Shown here: one piece after another, positions 38,245 to 47,136 of the stretch
How positions within the stretch are numbered: the stretch's first letter is position 1
Layout of the letters: each line of letters starts with the position of its first letter
IMG/VR virus record: IMGVR_UViG_3300030330_003968
Coordinates: 5,711 to 69,710 of that record
Source of the DNA: a virus
Lineage: Duplodnaviria > Caudoviricetes
Length of the DNA: 64,000 nucleotides
Direction: 5' to 3' (one strand)
Notes under the pieces: model-generated
What the model was told of the DNA's origin: nothing
The model's database searches: none
Seen by the model: only the letters and a program-made list of their open reading frames with translations
Position numbers and translations under genes: made by a program

Positions 38245-39492
38245 ATGGGAGAAGCAATATTTAGAATTAGACATGCAAGTGATGATAGAAACTCTATCTT
38301 AGAAACTAAACTAACATCATCAGCATTTATGAGAGATAGAACAATTGATATTTGGGCACAAAGACAACGCCAAAATATTTCAAAAGAACCTACAATTGAG
38401 AGTATTCACAATGCTCTTAAGAATACACTAAGAGTAAATCATCTTGTTAGAAGTAGCGAGAAGTCAAGTATCTTTATGAGAGTAGGTAATTGTAAGTATC
38501 TTATTAACATGAGAAAGGTAGGTAATAGATATATGGCAAATGGTGAGTTTGCTAATCTTGATACTATTATGAAAGCAATTAGTAGAACCATTATGCGTTC
38601 CGCTTATATTAATGGAGAAGGTGAAGAAGCACAAGAAGCATTAGATGATTATTTCTTTAGATGTATCTATGTTCCTGAAAATGTTTCCTATGCTATGGAA
38701 AATAGAGTACCATATAAATTCTATGAAAGAACAAATGACGGTGTTCAAGAAAGAAATACCCGTTTGTCTTTGATGAGAATTGCTGAGGATAACTATGCTC
38801 TTGAAATTAGTAGCGGTGTATGGGGAGAAATTAAGACAAGAGATTTGAATACTTTTATCAATTCCTATCTTTATAATAAAAGAACGGGTAAGTGGTACAT
38901 GGTTTCTCCTGCTGAATTATGGTTTAGGACTGTTGGTGAAAAAGCCACTCCTGCACAGGTTAAAATTATGAAAGAATTTTTGAAGCAGAATAGGAGAAGC
39001 GATTTGGCTGAACAAAGGGCTATGGAATTGTTTAATGATATGGTTAAGAAATACGATGTAGTTACAAAAGGTGTTTATTCAAGAAACGGTGAAGATGTTT
39101 TGGCTATGTTTGTTCGTGGTAAATATGCTGATTGGATGATTGTAGATAATCAATCTAAGAGAGGTATTCAAGATGTGAGCACATATGTTCTAACTACAAG
39201 AAATACACAAGATGTAAATCCTGTTATTCCTAATGTAATAAATAATACTGATAATGAACCTTATTGGGCAGGACCTATTTGTATTGATAATCTTTCAAGT
39301 GGTGCTTCTGTTGGCGACCAATTTGCTGCGAGAGCATTTGCTTGTATGAATGATACTATGCTTGTTAAATTAGTTTCTACTGTTAGGCGATATATTAATG
39401 GACATGAAATGAATCAACAAGATATAAGGTTAGATTGGGATGCCGTGTGTAAATTGTCAGTCGAAGCACCTGAACTTAAACAAAGAAATTAA
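38245..39492 (+). CDS. Hypothetical protein (415 aa)
   Basis: long ORF; C-terminal GPICIDN...GDQFAARA motif. Confidence 0.7.
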   Translation: MGEAIFRIRHASDDRNSILETKLTSSAFMRDRTIDIWAQRQRQNISKEPTIESIHNALKNTLRVNHLVRSSEKSSIFMRVGNCKYLINMRKVGNRYMANGEFANLDTIMKAISRTIMRSAYINGEGEEAQEALDDYFFRCIYVPENVSYAMENRVPYKFYERTNDGVQERNTRLSLMRIAEDNYALEISSGVWGEIKTRDLNTFINSYLYNKRTGKWYMVSPAELWFRTVGEKATPAQVKIMKEFLKQNRRSDLAEQRAMELFNDMVKKYDVVTKGVYSRNGEDVLAMFVRGKYADWMIVDNQSKRGIQDVSTYVLTTRNTQDVNPVIPNVINNTDNEPYWAGPICIDNLSSGASVGDQFAARAFACMNDTMLVKLVSTVRRYINGHEMNQQDIRLDWDAVCKLSVEAPELKQRN

Positions 39493-40069
39493 TCTTCCTG
39501 TTTGTGCAGTTTGTGGTTGTATTCAGGCTTATAGGATATATGAGGTTAATGATATTTTACCTAATAAAAAGATAGTAGTAAATGATTTAACTTTGTTATT
39601 AAATGAATACGATATTGAAGATAGAGATGAAGTTATTAAGAATGATAAATATATTTCTTATACTAATTTGTATTATAGTTATGATAGTGCTGAAAGGGCT
39701 GTGGCTATATTATATTACACAATGAGAGATTTAAATAAACCAGCAAATATGCGAACCTACTGTAAATTCTTAGGTTGTAAAGAAACAAGAGTTTCAAGAT
39801 TAGCAAAAAAGATTGCAAGACATTATTCTAATTCTGGAGTGTTTGGTATAAATGATATTGACGAGTTTTTATCTAATATGGAAATCAAATGTGAGAAGGT
39901 TTCTGAAGCGTGTAAAATGTGGAATGAAACCCAAACATTAACAAGAGGCATTATTGCCGCATATGTATATGAATACACACCATATACTCAAAAACAAGTG
40001 TGTAAAAAATTTGGAGTTAGTTTGCCAAGATTGAAAAGAAACTTAAGGAAAGTGAGACGAAATGAGTAA
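39440..40069 (+). CDS. tfb: Transcription factor B (TFB/TFIIB)-like protein
   Basis: N-terminal Zn ribbon CVNC...CAVCG and two cyclin-like repeats (AVAILYY...; IIAAYVY...TQKQVCKKFGVS). Confidence 0.7.
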   Translation: MPCVNCQSKHLNLNKEINLPVCAVCGCIQAYRIYEVNDILPNKKIVVNDLTLLLNEYDIEDRDEVIKNDKYISYTNLYYSYDSAERAVAILYYTMRDLNKPANMRTYCKFLGCKETRVSRLAKKIARHYSNSGVFGINDIDEFLSNMEIKCEKVSEACKMWNETQTLTRGIIAAYVYEYTPYTQKQVCKKFGVSLPRLKRNLRKVRRNE

Positions 40070-40619
40070 AAGAAATGTAATGATAATTGGTGCAGGTGGA
40101 ATTGGAAGTTTTCTAATACCACTTTTGGATAAAGTAGGAATATATGATATTACTGTATATGACCCCGACATTGTTGAGGAAAAGAATATCACATATCAAA
40201 ACTTTACCAAAGAAGATATTGAAAAGAAAAAGGTTGATGTAATGGATGAAAGATATAATGTATCTGCTAATCCTTATCCTGTTCTAACTGCTAATCAATT
40301 GAAAGGATATGATTTGGTTGTTTGTTGTGCTGATAACTTAGATATTAGACGCACTATGTACAATTCAAATGTTAAATGGTTAGACCTAAGAGCACAAGCA
40401 AGAAACGCTGCAATGATTTCTTTCTTGGAAGATGCTAATTTGTATAATGTATTTACAAGTGGACCTGATGGTTCTTTTAGTTGTCAAGGAGATACTTGGG
40501 AAGGAAAACCTGAAGGTGTTAATTTCATGCAAGTTGTAATTGCAGGTTATGGCGCACAATGGATGCAAAGATGGTTTAATGGAGATTATGTTGAAAAGCA
40601 TTTTAGAATTAACGGGTGA
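40062..40619 (+). CDS. ThiF/MoeB/E1-like adenylyltransferase
   Basis: IIGAGGIGS, YDPDIVEEKNITYQNF, KKKVD, VVCCADNLDIR. Confidence 0.88.
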   Translation: MSKRNVMIIGAGGIGSFLIPLLDKVGIYDITVYDPDIVEEKNITYQNFTKEDIEKKKVDVMDERYNVSANPYPVLTANQLKGYDLVVCCADNLDIRRTMYNSNVKWLDLRAQARNAAMISFLEDANLYNVFTSGPDGSFSCQGDTWEGKPEGVNFMQVVIAGYGAQWMQRWFNGDYVEKHFRING

Positions 40620-40623
40620 TTAA

Positions 40624-40938
40624 ATGAATTATGTTGAATTGATTAAGAACGGTCATATTACTCCTATTATTTGTAATAAGTGCCCAAAAGAAGATAAGGT
40701 TGTAGATAGAGAGTATTTTAGCGGAACAAGGAGTAAAGAAAATTTCCCTATGTCAATTGCTTTTATGTCGCCTATCTTATCTATTGGATTAGATTGTGCT
40801 TGTAATAAGTGTGGTAAAGAAGCAATACATATGTATATGATTGACCCTTTGGAAAAGCACAACATCTTTGAGAATACTAATTTTCCGAAAGAAGATTATC
40901 CATCAATGTATGAAATAAATTGGAGTGAGGAAGAATGA
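40624..40938 (+). CDS. Zn-binding hypothetical protein
   Basis: CNKC...CNKC. Confidence 0.55.
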   Translation: MNYVELIKNGHITPIICNKCPKEDKVVDREYFSGTRSKENFPMSIAFMSPILSIGLDCACNKCGKEAIHMYMIDPLEKHNIFENTNFPKEDYPSMYEINWSEEE

Positions 40939-41078
40939 GTGAATATAAAGATTATACAAGAGAACAGTTGATTGCTATGTTAGAAGAATCAAATGATATT
41001 GTTGATGCAGTATCAAGTTTCTTAGGTGCGACTGTGGTTGCTGATTTATATATGAATCATAGGAGTGAGGAAGAATGA
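40935..41078 (+). CDS. Small hypothetical protein (47 aa)
   Basis: manual translation MSEYKDYTREQL...HRSEEE; flanked by identical 17-bp junctions. Confidence 0.55.
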   Translation: MSEYKDYTREQLIAMLEESNDIVDAVSSFLGATVVADLYMNHRSEEE

Positions 41079-41200
41079 AAACTTTATTTATAGGAATTAT
41101 GGGAATGATTGTATTGTATTGTATCGGGAGAGTATTGTACCCTGATATATCAAATAAATCAATTCAACAAGAGTTAATTAAAATGGAGGAAGAAGAATGA
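41075..41200 (+). CDS. Small membrane peptide (41 aa)
   Basis: manual translation MKTLFIGIMGMIVLYCIGRVLY...MEEEE; ATGA overlaps on both sides. Confidence 0.5.
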   Translation: MKTLFIGIMGMIVLYCIGRVLYPDISNKSIQQELIKMEEEE

Positions 41201-41724
41201 ATTTCTTTTATATAGAAACTTGTCCTTTGGCTATTGCTAAAAGTCATAACAATGCACATTGTATCAAGATGATTTTAGAGTATGCACAAATGCTATCTAC
41301 GACTCATAGAGTTTTAGACCAATACTATGAAGAAGTAGATGGTGATTATGTATTTAGACCATTACCTAAAGATAAGCAAATTCTTTACAAAATTGCACAT
41401 CTAAATCACCCTACAACTATTTGGGTTAGAGAATCTGTACAACATTATGATTTTATGTTTGATGTATTTGAAGCATTGTGTGATGAATATACTTATCGTT
41501 ATGGTAAAGTACATCAATCAGATAGATTATTGAGAGAGATGTTGAGAAAACCACCATCTAATCTAAAAGATAATGGATTTCAAGAACCACCTCAATGTAT
41601 GCCCGATAAATACAAAGTAGAGGGAAATAGCCTTCAGGCTTATCGCAATTTTTACAAAGGCGATAAACAATGGAATGATTGGAGAAGTGAATATAAAAAA
41701 AGAGAAAAGCCAACATGGATGTGA
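41197..41724 (+). CDS. Pyrimidine-dimer DNA glycosylase (DenV-like) family protein
   Basis: MNFFY...HCIKMILEYAQMLST, HLNHPTTIW, EYTYRYGKVH, PQCMPDKYK, AYRNFY. Confidence 0.75.
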   Translation: MNFFYIETCPLAIAKSHNNAHCIKMILEYAQMLSTTHRVLDQYYEEVDGDYVFRPLPKDKQILYKIAHLNHPTTIWVRESVQHYDFMFDVFEALCDEYTYRYGKVHQSDRLLREMLRKPPSNLKDNGFQEPPQCMPDKYKVEGNSLQAYRNFYKGDKQWNDWRSEYKKREKPTWM

Positions 41725-41929
41725 GATAATGACAGAATGGAAATTAGGAATAGGAACAGGAAATGCAAAATGTAGGGTATGTGGCAAACTGATTAAAGAA
41801 GGTCAGCCAAATATCAAAATAGTCAATTCAAGGATTAGTGGACAAATTCACTCTAATCCTTTTGACTGTGGAAAAGAAAGACAAGAACAATTAGGATTTG
41901 AATATATAGGAGATGAAGAAGATGAGTGA
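41708..41929 (+). CDS. Small Zn-finger protein
   Basis: AKCRVCGKLI...H...C; start uncertain, possibly MTEWKL near 41729. Confidence 0.4.
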   Translation, partial: SQHGCEIMTEWKLGIGTGNAKCRVCGKLIKEGQPNIKIVNSRISGQIHSNPFDCGKERQEQLGFEYIGDEEDE

Positions 41930-42116
41930 CGAAATGAAGAATAGAAAGTATTGGGAGTGGTATGCAGACCATAGTAATATCGTAGCATTATGCAGATTTT
42001 TACATGATGTAAAAGGTGTAAGTGTAGAAGATTTACTTTATGCTTTGGAGAAACCACATAAATATGAAGATGAATATAGAGAAATGTTAAAACATAATGA
42101 GGAGAGTGAAGAATAA
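41922..42116 (+). CDS. Hypothetical protein
   Basis: short ORF ending EESEE. Confidence 0.5.
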   Translation: MSDEMKNRKYWEWYADHSNIVALCRFLHDVKGVSVEDLLYALEKPHKYEDEYREMLKHNEESEE

Positions 42117-42197
42117 TGTTTGAATTATACTTTATGAAAATATTAGATGAATACAGAATTATGCCGTTTATTGGCGAATTTATAGGAGAGTGAAAAT

Positions 42198-42638
42198 ATG
42201 CAAACTTATGATATAAAATGGGAATGGAATGAATGCAAAGAAATGATTAGAGATATGTTTGATGGCGATTACCAAGATGATGAATTTTTAAATACCATTT
42301 GGGAAGTTTCAACTGTATTACTTGATGGTCTTGAAGTTTCAGTTATTGTAGATGCTGATAATAAACTTTTCATTTCTAAGGGTACTGCAAGTTTTGTAGA
42401 TTATAAAGATGAAAATGTTGTTGGTATGAAAATTCCTCTTAAGTCTTGGATTCATACTCACCCATTTGGACAAGCATATTTTAGTGGTACAGATTGGAAT
42501 ACTATTAATTCTCAAATGCCTATCCTTAATTCAGCAATTGTACTTGGAGATATGGAGAGAATGAAATGGTGGAAAACACAGAATGGAACACAAAGACTCG
42601 CAAAGATGACAATGGAAGAATTGTCAGAAGAAGAGTAA
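42198..42638 (+). CDS. JAB/MPN+ (JAMM) metallo-isopeptidase
   Basis: LEVSVIV followed by WIHTHPFGQAYFSGTD (E...HxH-x7-S-x2-D). Confidence 0.85.
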   Translation: MQTYDIKWEWNECKEMIRDMFDGDYQDDEFLNTIWEVSTVLLDGLEVSVIVDADNKLFISKGTASFVDYKDENVVGMKIPLKSWIHTHPFGQAYFSGTDWNTINSQMPILNSAIVLGDMERMKWWKTQNGTQRLAKMTMEELSEEE

Positions 42639-42997
42639 GGAAAATAAGATTTCCCGTATTATCTAATTTAGTAATTACTTGCCCTATATGTAGTGGACAA
42701 AAATGTAATGTTTGCAATCAAACAGGGGAGTATGAATTAGAATCAGAACCTTATGTGGAAATACAACAACCTTTGATAATCAAATATATTGTTGATAATA
42801 TAGAATCAGTATCAAGCGAGATTCAAAGATTGTATGGTAAAACGCCTAATGTAGAAACATATATTGTAACTGATGAATACGAAATAATTAGAGTTGATTC
42901 TCTAAGTGGTTCGGTTTGGATTGCCTTGAACCTTAAAAAAGTTGAAAATCCAAAATACTTTTATAACAAGGAGAGTGTAGATAAATGGTTAGTGTAA
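42566..42997 (+). CDS. Zn-finger hypothetical protein
   Basis: CPICSGQKCNVCNQTG; start uncertain. Confidence 0.55.
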   Translation: MVENTEWNTKTRKDDNGRIVRRRVRKIRFPVLSNLVITCPICSGQKCNVCNQTGEYELESEPYVEIQQPLIIKYIVDNIESVSSEIQRLYGKTPNVETYIVTDEYEIIRVDSLSGSVWIALNLKKVENPKYFYNKESVDKWLV

Positions 42998-43272
42998 GAG
43001 AAATAAAAAGAATATTTGAAAAGATAGCCCCAGAAAGGCAATTGCCTTTACCTGCGATTATAGAATTTCAAACAAGAGCCGAAAAGATTTTGGAACAGTT
43101 TGCTGAATTGTGTAATTTAGAAGCAGGTGGAGATATGACAAAAACAAGATTGACTAAGAATCATGTGAAGTTAGCATCAGTTAATTTTAATGATAGAGTA
43201 GTTGAAAGAAAAGAAGAAGAATTAGAATTTGGAGAATGGAATACAGGAGATGATGAAGATGCTATGGAATGA
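42985..43272 (+). CDS. Histone-fold protein with acidic tail
   Basis: VREIKRIF helix 1, long helix 2 (AIIEFQ...CNLEA), TRLTKNHVKLA equivalent to archaeal RKTIxxEDIxLA. Confidence 0.6.
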   Translation: MVSVREIKRIFEKIAPERQLPLPAIIEFQTRAEKILEQFAELCNLEAGGDMTKTRLTKNHVKLASVNFNDRVVERKEEELEFGEWNTGDDEDAME

Positions 43273-44752
43273 TTTTGCAAGAGTAAATGAAGACTTTATT
43301 GATATGACACCCACACAAATGGTAAAGTATTTTGATGATAACCCAATGGATAATGTTGAACAAATATTAAACCTATGGGCAAGAAACTATCCTAATAATG
43401 GTGCAGGTGAAACAGGACTAATTAAGAGAGTTGCTGATAAATATAATGTTGATGCAGGTACTATTGAAACATTAGTAGAAATACATGGTGGATTAGGTGA
43501 AGCAATTGAAACATTATTTGGTGAGGCTGATGGAAATAGAGATATTACAGTAGCCGATGTTTATACTGCTCTACACGGAGAAGATATGAATTCAGTATTT
43601 ACTATGATTATGGAATGTTTTGATAATGTAGATTCTATGGGTAAGAAATGGTTAGCATCCTTTTTGTTAAATGAAACAAGAAATAAGTGTGGTAATAATG
43701 TCGTTAAGAAAATACTTCAAAAGACATATGGTATTCCTGCAAGTGATATTAAGAAGGCTGTAAGTTTCCTACCTATTGAAGAAGTTATTTCTCAAGCAGT
43801 TAATAATGGTGCTTTAGTATATGTTCCCGAAGCAGGTAATTATATGAAGCCTATGTTAGCAAAGGGTGGAGATTTTGTAGTAACAAATAAGAGATTCTGT
43901 GATTACAAGTATGACGGTATTAGAGCACAAATTCACCAAAATGAAGAAGGTATTACTATCTTTAATAGAAAAGGTGATGATATTACATCTAAGTTTGAAA
44001 ATGATTTGATTCCTTTGATTGAGAAAAATGCTGACCCTGTGGATTGGATTGTTGATGGTGAGATTTATCCTGTTGATACAGAAGGCAACCCTGCTGAATT
44101 TAAGAATATTATGAGTCGTATTCATGGTAAGACTGAAGAAGTAATTTATCGCAATCCTGTAACTATTAAATTGTTTGATTGTTTGATGTATGGTGGGCAA
44201 CCTGTATTTGAAGATGATTTAGATACCCGTTGGGAAACACTAAAAATGCACTTTGGTAATGATTTGATTGCTGACATGGTAGAGGTCTATAATCAAGATG
44301 AATTTTTAGAAGTCTATAATGATGCAATTGAAGCAGGATTTGAAGGGGTTATTGTAAAAGACCCTAATATGGCTTATGATTTTGGCGCAAGAAGTAAAGG
44401 TTGGTTGAAGTATAAACCTCCAATGGTAGATATTGATGTTATTATTACTGATGCTCATGCAGGTAAAGGTAGATTAACAGGACAATATTCTTCTTTTGAT
44501 ATTGCTATTAAAGATGGAGAAACATTAATTCCGTTTGGAAGAGTAGGTAGTGGATTTACAGAAGAGGACATAATGTTTTTAACCCGACTGTATAACCAAA
44601 CAGATAGGGAAGATATTATTATCGAGGTCAAGGGTGATATGATTACTAAAAATGAATCTGGTGAATACGGTTTAAGATTCCCAAGATATGTTAAACACCG
44701 AGATGATAAGACAGAACCAACACAATTAGAAGAATTAGAGGTGAAACTATGA
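43259..44752 (+). CDS. lig: ATP-dependent DNA ligase
   Basis: KPMLA, motif I DYKYDGIRAQIH, IVDGEI, FDCL, EGVIVK, WLKYK, LRFPR. Confidence 0.95.
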   Translation: MLWNDFARVNEDFIDMTPTQMVKYFDDNPMDNVEQILNLWARNYPNNGAGETGLIKRVADKYNVDAGTIETLVEIHGGLGEAIETLFGEADGNRDITVADVYTALHGEDMNSVFTMIMECFDNVDSMGKKWLASFLLNETRNKCGNNVVKKILQKTYGIPASDIKKAVSFLPIEEVISQAVNNGALVYVPEAGNYMKPMLAKGGDFVVTNKRFCDYKYDGIRAQIHQNEEGITIFNRKGDDITSKFENDLIPLIEKNADPVDWIVDGEIYPVDTEGNPAEFKNIMSRIHGKTEEVIYRNPVTIKLFDCLMYGGQPVFEDDLDTRWETLKMHFGNDLIADMVEVYNQDEFLEVYNDAIEAGFEGVIVKDPNMAYDFGARSKGWLKYKPPMVDIDVIITDAHAGKGRLTGQYSSFDIAIKDGETLIPFGRVGSGFTEEDIMFLTRLYNQTDREDIIIEVKGDMITKNESGEYGLRFPRYVKHRDDKTEPTQLEELEVKL

Positions 44753-45015
44753 ATATAAGAAAAATAGAACAAGGGAAAAAGTGTCATTATTGTAGAGAAC
44801 CTTTTAATGGAGTAGAAGAAGGATTAGTACAAATATTACCAAATGGTGAAGAATCATATTATCATTTAAGATGCGTTGGTAAATTAATGGTGTATAGAAT
44901 TGAGGGTGTATTACCTAAGCATTTATTTACAGCAGTAGTAGATGAATTAAATAAGCCATTACCAATTGAAGAAACAGGACAGACTACACTTAATGATTTC
45001 CATGAAGAAGAATAA
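44749..45015 (+). CDS. Small Zn-finger protein
   Basis: CHYC...HLRC; C-terminal QTTLNDF PIP-box-like motif. Confidence 0.55.
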   Translation: MNIRKIEQGKKCHYCREPFNGVEEGLVQILPNGEESYYHLRCVGKLMVYRIEGVLPKHLFTAVVDELNKPLPIEETGQTTLNDFHEEE

Positions 45016-45038
45016 TTTTGTAGATATTATAATAAGGT

Positions 45039-45461
45039 ATGAGCAAAATGTTTAATGAAGGACAATTACAAGGAGTGCTATTAACAATAGCAAGACCTGA
45101 AGTAACTGCCTATCAATCACAAAGTAAAACGGGTTGGACAATTAGAACAAGGATTATGTTTAGAGCAAGTAAATCTTTTCTTGTAGCACTACAAAGAAAG
45201 TTTGAGCAGTTAGAAATTAAATCTATTCTCAGACTTATAGAGGGTGCAAATAGAGAAGCACCTGTGTTAATAGTAGGTAAAAGAGATTCTATTAAGATTT
45301 TAAGAGAATTAATGCCTAAGCATATTCCTTGTTCACATTCAAATTGGGCTTTGATTGATGATGTAATGGCAAGTATGGAAAATAAAGAACACTTAGAGGA
45401 TGAAGGAATGAGTAGATTGATAGAGTTGATTAACAATGAAAGGAAAGACAAAGAAGTTTAA
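45039..45461 (+). CDS. Degenerate LAGLIDADG-fold protein
   Basis: QLQGVLLTIA helix, GWTIRTRIMF strand and KEHLEDEGMSRLIEL tail typical of single LAGLIDADG domains; catalytic acidic residue absent. Confidence 0.5.
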   Translation: MSKMFNEGQLQGVLLTIARPEVTAYQSQSKTGWTIRTRIMFRASKSFLVALQRKFEQLEIKSILRLIEGANREAPVLIVGKRDSIKILRELMPKHIPCSHSNWALIDDVMASMENKEHLEDEGMSRLIELINNERKDKEV

Positions 45462-46266
45462 TTTATATGTTGGTGGAAACGGTAGTGGTAAAACCAAAAG
45501 AGCGAAGCAACAATTAGGTTCAAGACCCTTTGTTGTTTATCAAGCCAATGATATTAAGTTAGACGATGTTTATTCTTATCCTAAAAATCATGGTATATTA
45601 ATTGAAGATGTACATTACAAACCTAATAAAGATAAGATACTTCAAATTCTATATGTCTTAGATTATGTAGCATTAACATCAAATAATGAAAAGGATGTAC
45701 CAAAGGCTATAATGAATCTATGCGTAAGAAAAAGAATGGGTCAAACAGACAATAGGCAAATAGAAATAAAAAAGATTGCACCAAACGCTGAATCAATTAA
45801 AAAGTATGAATCATCAATTTATGATATTAATATAGCATACTTAAAAAATAAAAATAGAAAGGAGGTATTAGATTTGATTAAATATAACAAGCCTTCTGAT
45901 ATGCAATTGATTAGTTGGATTCAGCCTAATATTGATGTAAGAAATATAGCCTTTGCTGATAATATTATGAGGAGATGGAGTACAGATTATTTCTATGAAA
46001 TACTAACTTATTCATGGTCGGGTTATCATGGTGGTAGAGTAGAATTTCCAAGAAGAAATAGTTATTCACCTGTTCCTAAAATATGTGCAAAGTTAGGGTT
46101 GAAAGAAAAAGATGCCTATTTAGTAAAGACATTTTTGAAAAACCCTGAGTATCAAGAATGGGCTATTAGTAAGTTAGATAGAGATGAATGTAAAATCTTA
46201 GGTTTAAAGAAACCAAGAAAGCAACCGATTAGAGTAGTTAATACAAAGTTAGGTGATTGGTTATGA
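45436..46266 (+). CDS. Clamp-loader (RFC large subunit-like) ATPase
   Basis: Walker A GGNGSGKT, ILIEDV, LTSN; close to RFC small subunit; C-terminal TKLGDW. Confidence 0.6.
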   Translation: MKGKTKKFNLYVGGNGSGKTKRAKQQLGSRPFVVYQANDIKLDDVYSYPKNHGILIEDVHYKPNKDKILQILYVLDYVALTSNNEKDVPKAIMNLCVRKRMGQTDNRQIEIKKIAPNAESIKKYESSIYDINIAYLKNKNRKEVLDLIKYNKPSDMQLISWIQPNIDVRNIAFADNIMRRWSTDYFYEILTYSWSGYHGGRVEFPRRNSYSPVPKICAKLGLKEKDAYLVKTFLKNPEYQEWAISKLDRDECKILGLKKPRKQPIRVVNTKLGDWL

Positions 46267-46410
46267 GAATAGCAAAAGGAACAGGAGTATCTTTTAACGC
46301 ATGGTTAGGTAAGATAGATAAGACTGTAAAAGATAAAGTTAGATTTTTACAGTTAAGAGAATTCTATGAAGATGATTTAACTCCTGAAGAGGTAAAAATA
46401 AAGGTGGATA

Positions 46411-46755
46411 TTGATGGTTAAAAGAAATTGGATTAAAGGCGTAAGAAGAAAAAGAAATAAAACTTATGCTGAAAGGTTTATTGATAGAGCCATGAATGAT
46501 GGCGTTGAAAGAAGTGCAAGTCAAATATTAGATGCTATTATTGATTATATTGATAATAATGGTTTAACATATAACTATGTACCAACAAAAGGAAAAATAA
46601 TTAATTATGTTAATGACAGTAGTAGGTATCATAAAACTATCAATAAAACATCCAATACTTATACCAAAATATATTTATGCGAAACTTGTGATGGGACAGG
46701 TTTCGTTAGACATAATAATTGTAAAGAATGTAATAGTGAGAGTGAAGAAGAATGA
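46411..46755 (+). CDS. Hypothetical protein with C-terminal CxxC motifs
   Basis: CETCDGTG...CKEC. Confidence 0.5.
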   Translation: MMVKRNWIKGVRRKRNKTYAERFIDRAMNDGVERSASQILDAIIDYIDNNGLTYNYVPTKGKIINYVNDSSRYHKTINKTSNTYTKIYLCETCDGTGFVRHNNCKECNSESEEE

Positions 46756-46949
46756 AATGTGAAATGTGTGGATTAGAAAATGCTGAACATAAAGGAATGC
46801 ATTGTGGAGTGTATAAAGTTTGTAACGATTGTGTTACAAAATCAGTACACGCAAGAATGTGGCTTCTTGGTAAAGCAAAGGAAATTAAAACGGATTATTT
46901 ATACGGTGTAGATTATAAGGTGAATAGCGATGATGCAGGAAACAAATAA
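46752..46949 (+). CDS. Small Zn-finger protein
   Basis: CEMC...CNDC. Confidence 0.5.
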   Translation: MKCEMCGLENAEHKGMHCGVYKVCNDCVTKSVHARMWLLGKAKEIKTDYLYGVDYKVNSDDAGNK

Positions 46950-47136
46950 ACTACTGAATAAATTAAATGAAAACATAGAACGAGGCAATAGAATACTTGT
47001 CGTTGTAACGATAGTTAATATTGCTACTGTAATTATGATAGGATTGGTATTACTATGAAATGTAAATACTGTGATGGCTCAGGGGTTGCCATTGAAATGC
47101 CATGCCCCGAATGTAAAGGATTAGGAGAGATTGAAG

